Assembly (NCBI GenBank): GCA_944390375.1
Contig: CALXPZ010000049.1
Location: 1 to 57,491, forward strand
Length of the DNA stretch: 57,491 nt
Direction: 5' to 3'
Origin: an uncultured Alphaproteobacteria bacterium
GTDB lineage: Bacteria; Pseudomonadota; Alphaproteobacteria; RF32; CAG-239
Each line of letters starts with the position of its first letter. Positions within the stretch are counted from its first letter, which is position 1. The notes under the pieces were generated by a model. The model was not told the DNA's origin, did no database searches, and was given only the letters and a program-made list of their open reading frames with translations. This document shows positions 50,893 through 57,491 of the stretch, piece by piece. The position numbers and the translations under genes were made by a program.

Positions 50893-52608
50893 TTAAAAAT
50901 GGCGGACAATCCGTTTGTAGGGTTTAACCCCCAATTCCTGTCTGACGGCGGCGATTTTCTGCGACAAAGGCGACCACTCGGCATATTTTTCAACAAAAGC
51001 GGCAGCGTCATCTTTTGACTTTGAAAGCTGGACGCGGATTGTTTCCTCAAGCAGGCGGTTCAGCACATTTCCCACATTGTCCAGATCTATCGTTATTTTG
51101 CCGTCTTCGGTTTCCCGGATAATACCGTTTGCGCGGAGATAATTGAACTGAATCAGCTCGCCCATGCGGTGCGGCAGCATCAGGTGCGGGCGGGCGGTCA
51201 GAAACATCCGGCCGCAGATATAGCTGACATAAATTTTTTTCAGCGTTTCCCCGTCAATGACGCCGGCTTTGACATATTCGGGCATAAAGGCCAGCGAAAC
51301 GGTGTCCGCTTTGTGCTCCTCGATAATATGTTTATAGGCGCCGAGCGCATTCTGATACGAACTGTCGGGGCCGAGCGAATGTCCGTTTTCGTGTCCGATG
51401 ACAAACAAATGGTCGGCCTCGCTGTCAAAATAGCGGTGAAGAGCCGGATCGACCAGACGTTCCAGCAATTTGCGCTCTTTTTCCTTGTCTACACTCATGC
51501 GCACCTGGCGGTGATAGACATTGCGTCTTCCGCCGCCGGTTTTGACCGAAAGCTTGTCGTTGTTGGGCAGGTTTTGCGCGGTGGTAATGCCGCCGCGGCA
51601 TTGGGCATAATCTCCTTCCAGATCGGCCAGGTCGACATCGACCATCGTCTGTTTCAGCTCTTCTCCGTCTAAAATATGCTGATGATAGGTATCGGCAAAA
51701 GGCATTTTCAAAGCCAGTTCGGGCAGATGTTTCTTAAATTGCAGAATCAACTCCGTGCCTTTTTGGTTGACGATGCCGACACGGGCGCCGAGAGTGTCTT
51801 TGGAAACAGCTTCGATGCCGTTTTCCTCAAGCAGGCGCTTTAGTTCTTCGTTATCATAAACGGTCGGCGTAATCTCGTCGTCATAATTTTCACGGCTTAA
51901 GGTAAATTCGAGCGGAGAATCCTGCAACACAGCCCAGTGCCTGTCGGCCAGCATATCCATTTCCGGATTGTTTTGCAGCAGGGCCTGCGCCTGCCAGCCG
52001 AGGTAATCCTTAAAAGCCTCGTCATCGGCATAGTGGGCAGCCACTTCCAGCTCGTTGGCGGCAAGCGAAAACTCTTTCGCAAAATATTCCGTATAGTCCA
52101 CGGCCATCAGTTCGTCGCCCCGGCGGCGCACCATCGTACGGGCGCTTAAAATGCTTGCGACTTCTTTGTTTTTGCCGGTTTTAAGCATGGTCAGCAGAAT
52201 CTTTCGGAATTCTTCCGCCGACATATCCGCCGGATAAAAATTGTGCCCCGGCAAAAGATGTATGCCCTCAAAAATTTCCACCGGCTCTTTGTCAATGCCG
52301 TTAAAACCGGCAACGCCGTTTAAGGAATTGAACAAAGCCAGCGCCAAAGCCGCATGGTCGTCGGCCGCGGCGGCTTCTTCAAGCGCTTTTTTCTGCACGC
52401 GGTTTAAGGGGTGATCCTGTTCCAGTGAGACGTCATTGATTATTTTGGCGGCCGCAACCAGGTGTCGGAGCGCTTTTTGGTTGCCTTCGCTTAAATTCCG
52501 AAAGCCCTCAAAATCCGGAGAAATCAACTCAATATCCAGCGTTTCCCGCTCAACTTTGCGGCGCAGTTCTTCTTGGTTATATTTGATCTCGTATCCATTA
52601 ATTTTCAT
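50893..52608 (-). CDS. Dipeptidyl peptidase III family (M49) metallopeptidase, HEXXH type
   Basis: PGHNFYPADM, AQNLPN, HENGHSLGP, IEEHKAD. Confidence 0.85.
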   Translation of the reverse strand: MKINGYEIKYNQEELRRKVERETLDIELISPDFEGFRNLSEGNQKALRHLVAAAKIINDVSLEQDHPLNRVQKKALEEAAAADDHAALALALFNSLNGVAGFNGIDKEPVEIFEGIHLLPGHNFYPADMSAEEFRKILLTMLKTGKNKEVASILSARTMVRRRGDELMAVDYTEYFAKEFSLAANELEVAAHYADDEAFKDYLGWQAQALLQNNPEMDMLADRHWAVLQDSPLEFTLSRENYDDEITPTVYDNEELKRLLEENGIEAVSKDTLGARVGIVNQKGTELILQFKKHLPELALKMPFADTYHQHILDGEELKQTMVDVDLADLEGDYAQCRGGITTAQNLPNNDKLSVKTGGGRRNVYHRQVRMSVDKEKERKLLERLVDPALHRYFDSEADHLFVIGHENGHSLGPDSSYQNALGAYKHIIEEHKADTVSLAFMPEYVKAGVIDGETLKKIYVSYICGRMFLTARPHLMLPHRMGELIQFNYLRANGIIRETEDGKITIDLDNVGNVLNRLLEETIRVQLSKSKDDAAAFVEKYAEWSPLSQKIAAVRQELGVKPYKRIVRHF

Positions 52609-54145
52609 TTTCTTTTATCTCCACGGTTCTGAAACGATAAACCCTGATGCCGTTTGACCAGTAGCTCGGACTCATGCCGGCTTTGAGCTTCAGGTTATTT
52701 AAAAATTCTTTTTTATCCGGCAGCTGCTCCCATACCGCGGGCAAAAACAGCCCCTGCCGCCGGCCGTCGCGGATGACCAGTCCGTCGGCGCCGGCCTTTA
52801 TCCGGTTCAACAAATCTTCTTCATTGCGGTAATCCACCGCTTCAAAATCCGTCAGCAGGGAAACCGAGATTTTTATCTGCGTCAGCTCGCCGGCTTCAAC
52901 CGCGGAAAAACGACCGTCTTCCAGAGCCGCGGCATAAGCATTGACGGCAACATCATCGGCTGTGGCACGGCGGGGATAGAGTGAGCCGATACAGCCGCGC
53001 AAATCGCCTTTTTTCTCCAAAGTAACGAAAGACGCTCCTTTGTCAAACAGGGCATCGGGATAATCGTCGCGGGCGGGAGCATAAACACGGCCGTGCAAAA
53101 CAGCTTCTTCCAGACCGACACGGGCTATTTTCAGCAGATCCTGTCCGTAGGCTGCCGCATAATCGGCCAACGCCGCCGTTTGGCGTTCAAGCGTTCCTCC
53201 CTCCTCAAAAGACCAGGCGCCGTAACCGACCACGCTGTCTTTTGCACCCGAGGTGTCGCCGGAATTGATAAGCGCCAGGGTTTCGGGCCGCAGGTTCATA
53301 TCTTGAGCCAAAAGCAACGCCGTATTAATGCCGCCGGCGCCGCAAGAATGATGATAGTCTATATCGGCATTGCCGCTGTTGATCCGGGCGTTCGTTTCAC
53401 TGTCCAGCGCTTTTGCCTCGTCATAGGGATAGTAGTGCGAGAGATCGGCAGAAACGACCAATAGCGTTCCTTCCTCCCGCAAAAGAGGCGTCAGAGCCTC
53501 CGCCATCATTTGCGCATCGGCGCGGCCGTACACAACCGGTACGATTTTAAAATTTTTTAATACTTTTTGCAAAAAGGGCAGTTGCACTTCCAGCGAATGT
53601 TCGTCCTTATGAGCCGCGTTGTTTACGGCAAAGCCCGGTTTTGCCGCCAGTGCCTTTACTTTTTCCCGATCAACCGGCACCCGTCCGAGCGGCGTGGAAA
53701 AGTAATTGACCGATGCCAGTGCCGCCCCGTCAACCGGAACCCGGTGCGACGGTCCCAGCAAAATCACTGTTTTGACTTCTTCGGCAAAATCCGTCAGCGG
53801 ACGATAGGCTCGCGCCGCGGCCGGCGCCGAATAGCGGTAACCGGCATGGGGGACGATCAAAATTTTCGGCAGGCTGGCATAGGAACCGCCCCCGGCCTGC
53901 AGATAATGACTGACTTCACTATCCAGATTTTGCGGTTCGGCAGCATAAAACAGCCCCGCCACCGCCGGATTGCGATATTGTTCCATAGGATCGGCCTCCT
54001 CCGTATATCGGGTTATCAGTTCGTTGTTGGCAGAGATTTTATTGCGGAAATAAAAATAATTGAGCGCCGCCAACAACAAAATTGCCGCCACCAGCAATCC
54101 CCGCTGCAAATAACGCGGTTCTTCGTTGTCTGATTTTTGCTTCAT
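52598..54145 (-). CDS. Fused AmmeMemoRadiSam protein B (MEMO) and protein A (AMMECR1) with N-terminal TM
   Basis: RNPAVAGLFY, PHAGY.YS, EHSLEVQLPFLQ, SADLSHY; then FVTL...LRGCIGS, GLFLPAVW, LKLKAG. Confidence 0.92.
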   Translation of the reverse strand: MKQKSDNEEPRYLQRGLLVAAILLLAALNYFYFRNKISANNELITRYTEEADPMEQYRNPAVAGLFYAAEPQNLDSEVSHYLQAGGGSYASLPKILIVPHAGYRYSAPAAARAYRPLTDFAEEVKTVILLGPSHRVPVDGAALASVNYFSTPLGRVPVDREKVKALAAKPGFAVNNAAHKDEHSLEVQLPFLQKVLKNFKIVPVVYGRADAQMMAEALTPLLREEGTLLVVSADLSHYYPYDEAKALDSETNARINSGNADIDYHHSCGAGGINTALLLAQDMNLRPETLALINSGDTSGAKDSVVGYGAWSFEEGGTLERQTAALADYAAAYGQDLLKIARVGLEEAVLHGRVYAPARDDYPDALFDKGASFVTLEKKGDLRGCIGSLYPRRATADDVAVNAYAAALEDGRFSAVEAGELTQIKISVSLLTDFEAVDYRNEEDLLNRIKAGADGLVIRDGRRQGLFLPAVWEQLPDKKEFLNNLKLKAGMSPSYWSNGIRVYRFRTVEIKENEN

Positions 54146-54164
54146 GCCGTCCTTCCTTTCGGAG

Positions 54165-54821
54165 TTACCCGGTTATTGCCCGGTAGAATTGTTGAAAATC
54201 GTCAAAATACATCACCCGCGAATCGTTTTCCTGCGGACATCTTCCCGCAATCCGCACCGGCAGCGCGCCAACAGCCTCGGCCGTCATGCTGTCCAATACG
54301 CTGTCGCCGACAATCCAGACCGTTTGCGGCGATATTTCTTCTGCGGCAACCAGGCCGTCGAGCGCCGCCAGGGCATGGGCGGCATCCGGCTTGTCGTGCG
54401 CGGCCTCGTGTCCGCAGACAATGCGGTCAAAAAGAGCGGGATCAAACAACAACGGCAGTTCAAAATCCAACAACCGGCGGTCTTTGTTGGTCATAACGGA
54501 TATTTTGATTTTGCGGGCACGGAGAAAATCCAGAGTTTCGCGCACACCGGGGAAAGTTTTTATCATCCGCGCGACATTGGCTTTATAAAGATCAAAATAT
54601 TCCGCATAGGCAGCAGCCGCCCGGTCGCCGAAAACGAGGGGAAAATTGTCCATAAAGGACAGATATTTATTTTGCAGCGGGCGCGTGCTTTCCCAGTCGG
54701 GCAGACCATATTCCGCCATAATCCGGTTAACCGCCCACAGACGTGGGGTGCGGGTTTCCGCCAAAGTTCCGTCCCAGTCAAAAACTACGGCTTTAAGACA
54801 GCCGGTATCAAACTTATCCAT
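54165..54821 (-). CDS. HAD family hydrolase (phosphoglycolate phosphatase-like)
   Basis: FDWDGTL, MTNK, KPDA, VGDSVLD; start taken at MDKFDT. Confidence 0.9.
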   Translation of the reverse strand: MDKFDTGCLKAVVFDWDGTLAETRTPRLWAVNRIMAEYGLPDWESTRPLQNKYLSFMDNFPLVFGDRAAAAYAEYFDLYKANVARMIKTFPGVRETLDFLRARKIKISVMTNKDRRLLDFELPLLFDPALFDRIVCGHEAAHDKPDAAHALAALDGLVAAEEISPQTVWIVGDSVLDSMTAEAVGALPVRIAGRCPQENDSRVMYFDDFQQFYRAITG

Positions 54822-54991
54822 CTTGTTTTGTTCTCCGTTTACGGTTAGAAAATAAAACAATTTTAAAAAAATACAAGAGAAACAAGCGGGCCGTGGGATT
54901 TGTAAACAACTTTCGGAAACACGCCTTGCATAAGGCGGCATACCGCTTTATACTGGTCGGCATATTTATTTGCAACAGGGAGCCTGCCGAC

Positions 54992-55465
54992 ATGAACAAC
55001 CGTTTTATTCCCACCCGCACATATCCGGATTATCCGGGCAGCACCGGATACGGCCGGCGGGCAGAGCGCATTTTTGATATTCTGTTTGCCGCCGGATGGT
55101 GGTATTTTCTGACCGAGTTGGGACATATCCTGATTGTTGCCGTCAGGGACGGCTGTTATTGCGACTTTTCGCAGCCGGAAATCCCTTGCTCCGGCATTTA
55201 TATGCTGCTTTTTGAAATTGCCGTCGTGGCCGCGGTTTCCCTGCCCCTGTTCTTCTATTTCTGCCGCGGTATGTTTGTCGAAAAAGTGGGGCCGGGCAAA
55301 AAGGCCGTCATCTTACTCATTTCTGCGGCGCTGGCTTTGTTTCTGCCTTATCTGATGCAGTTTCTGGAAGCCGTTTTTGCGACATTGATGCCCGATATTG
55401 CCGCTATTGAGTTTGCCCCTTGGGCCGATGCCGACATCATGCGCTTTGTCCGTATGAAATACTAA
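54992..55465 (+). CDS. Hypothetical membrane protein
   Basis: GGGAG RBS, about 3 TM helices. Confidence 0.65.
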   Translation: MNNRFIPTRTYPDYPGSTGYGRRAERIFDILFAAGWWYFLTELGHILIVAVRDGCYCDFSQPEIPCSGIYMLLFEIAVVAAVSLPLFFYFCRGMFVEKVGPGKKAVILLISAALALFLPYLMQFLEAVFATLMPDIAAIEFAPWADADIMRFVRMKY

Positions 55466-55736
55466 ATTTGAGGTAGCAACGCAAAGTTATCCACAACCGG
55501 CAGGAGATATCGTTGCATTTTCCGAAAATTTGTGATATATATTTTCCCAGAATGCGGTTGTATGGCCGCATCATAACGGGCGGAGGTATCTGCCTGTTTT
55601 TTATATCCGCTGTTCTTTGTTTATAAAGACAGCGGATTTTTTGTGCCGGCATAAGGGGGCTCTCCCCTTTGTGCCGGTTTTGTTCAACCGCTGCCGTGAT
55701 TCTGTCCGGCGGCTTTTTTATTGTAAGGAAAACAAT

Positions 55737-56366
55737 ACGAGTAACTATGAAAACGACAATGATCTGGCAACCTCGCTGCTCGGTATATCCGGCCTGAAGC
55801 TGAATATGTCCCCGCTGCCGAGAAAAAATATGACAACAAGGGAAATTCTTGAGTACAGACTCGCCAACTACAATGACGATATGGAGCTAAAAACACCCTA
55901 CCGCGATAATTCTTACGTGGATTTTGATGGAGAAAATTTACGTTGGATTCAAAATAATCAAATAAAAGAAATCATGGATGCTCAATCTGGACAGGATGAC
56001 TATCAATGAGCAGAATATCAAAATGTTCCCAACAAAGGCCCGCTCCCCGAGGGAAAATATTATATCCGCCAAAATAACAGACAAAACTTTTCTGATCAAA
56101 ATTTAATTCAAATCTTAGGTGGCCTGATTGGAAAAGGCCCATGGCCAGGGAGCCTACCTGCTTGGGGAACCCACCGCGTGTGGCTTGAACCTGATAAGAA
56201 TACTGAAACATACGGTAGGTCTGGTTTTACTATTCACGGTGGTTCAAGTAAGGGGGCTGCGGGTTGTATAGATATACCGTGGCAAACAAAAAAGTTAAAT
56301 GATTTGCTTGACCAATATGGTAAGGACATTGAGCTTAATGTACATTACCCCAAAAAGTGTTGGTAG
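55737..56366 (+). pseudogene. Tlde1/DUF2778-like L,D-transpeptidase-fold protein with in-frame TGA and ACG in the start position
   Basis: ORFs 55617-56009 and 56178-56366 share a frame; read-through gives SGQDDYQ*AEYQNVPNKGPLPEGKY...GRSGFTIHGG...AAGCI (HxG...GC catalytic motif). Confidence 0.8.
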
Positions 56367-56459
56367 TCTTTTAAATTAAATTCTTATAAAAATTGTTGAA
56401 CTGCGGCAATAATTATTATATATTCAATTATTCTTGGAAAACTTCAAAACGGGAAAAAT

Positions 56460-56972
56460 ATGAACACAAGTTATTCTTTCTGTTTGCAAAAGGCTGTTCG
56501 GACAACGGCAGCGGTAGCACTCTGTCTCTTCTTTATCGCCGGGTGGGGATTGTTTTTTGCCTGGTTCTGTCAGATATGCGGCGAAGTTGTCGGCGGCCAT
56601 TTTGCCGACGGCGAACAATATCACGGCAATTTTTACGTTAAGGCCTTTTTCCGCCTGGCATACGGACTGGCCTTAATTTGGATATTTGTCAATCTGGCGG
56701 AAATATTCTTTGCCCGGGGCGGCGGATTAAAGAAAAAGACCGCGGCGGCCGGATATTCCGTATTGGCCGCATTTTTCGTGCTGGCTGCCGAATTAAGCCT
56801 TTTGTTCTGGCAGGAACGGTTTGCTCCGGTTTCATATCATCCCTATGCTTTCTGGCATCCGCAGGCGGCGGTTATGAATGCCGATCCCTGTCAGTCGGCA
56901 CGAAAAAACTATCACGACTGCGGTTTTGCCGGGGCTTTATCTTTGCAAGAGGCCGATATAAATGAAAAATAA
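56460..56972 (+). CDS. Hypothetical membrane protein
   Basis: 3 TM helices and a Cys-containing C-terminal segment. Confidence 0.65.
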   Translation: MNTSYSFCLQKAVRTTAAVALCLFFIAGWGLFFAWFCQICGEVVGGHFADGEQYHGNFYVKAFFRLAYGLALIWIFVNLAEIFFARGGGLKKKTAAAGYSVLAAFFVLAAELSLLFWQERFAPVSYHPYAFWHPQAAVMNADPCQSARKNYHDCGFAGALSLQEADINEK

Positions 56973-57423
56973 ATTCCACTTTTCCGTATCCGGCGTTCTG
57001 CTTACGCTGGTTTTTGTTTACGGCTGGGCGACCATTTTGGCTGCCAGTTGGTTGGCGCTTAAAAACACCATCATTCCCGGCTTTTTTTCGCCGATGCCGT
57101 TTTATCCGGCAAATATTTACATTTACGCCGCAACCAACCTGCTGACCGATGCGGCCGGCCTGTTTCTGCTGTTTTATCTTTCCCGCCGATTTACGAAGGC
57201 AGACGCGGCGGAAAAAACGAAAATAATCGGCCTGACTGCGCTTTTCGGCTGTTTTCTGGCCATCGTATCCGTTCCCCATTACCGCCTGCCGGAAGAAATG
57301 AACCGGCCGGCCGCTTTCTGGAGCAATACTGACGAAAGCACCCTTCCCGGCTGGGAAGACACCGCCCGCTGCCGGCAATACTGGCGGGAAAAAATTGCCA
57401 TCGGGGCAAAGAGCCATTTTTAA
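56962..57423 (+). CDS. Hypothetical membrane protein
   Basis: 3 TM helices, overlaps the upstream gene. Confidence 0.65.
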   Translation: MKNKFHFSVSGVLLTLVFVYGWATILAASWLALKNTIIPGFFSPMPFYPANIYIYAATNLLTDAAGLFLLFYLSRRFTKADAAEKTKIIGLTALFGCFLAIVSVPHYRLPEEMNRPAAFWSNTDESTLPGWEDTARCRQYWREKIAIGAKSHF

Positions 57424-57491
57424 TAACGGGTAAAATAATAAGTTTTTTTAACTTTTAATGCAGTTTGCATAACTGCGTTAAAAACGGGCGG

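Noticed and set aside
36735-56366. Alternative genetic code or selenocysteine explaining the in-frame TAG (36759) and TGA (56007)
   Set aside because: Core genes end normally in TGA (malQ) and TAG (lexA, pepF), and Trp uses TGG. The TGA is not at the catalytic Cys, and the same gene also appears to have lost its ATG.

Overview
Chromosomal window from an alphaproteobacterium. Evidence for that placement is a perfect GAAC-N7-GAAC SOS box at lexA, tolC-popZ-valS synteny and mlaD-DUF2155. A gut-type, poorly characterised lineage is an inference. Most of the window is housekeeping: GldA/F/G-like ABC genes, two mlaD, glgB-glgX-malQ and glgP, lysS, lexA, valS, a half glmU, dnaE, and M3 and M49 peptidases. 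The main accessory feature is a ~5.5 kb deleted prophage in tRNA-Leu(CAA), bounded by a 61-bp direct repeat (14908-14968 and 20464-20524). It retains a portal C-terminus fused through a NEWxEExHPRxxxGKF motif to a probable BECR-type nuclease. Immediately downstream, on the opposite strand, is a self-contained ~85-nt structured RNA with its own promoter, a candidate RNA antitoxin and the most interesting signal here. A second ORF with the same motif is followed by two paralogous small proteins. The remnant also holds a tail chaperone with a probable -1 frameshift and a moron. Elsewhere there is a multi-stem, attenuator-like leader before an amber-interrupted HTH gene (36.5-37.0 kb), a doubly inactivated Tlde1/DUF2778-like gene, and an unlisted 53-aa lipoprotein. 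Family assignments come from motif recognition, not database searches.
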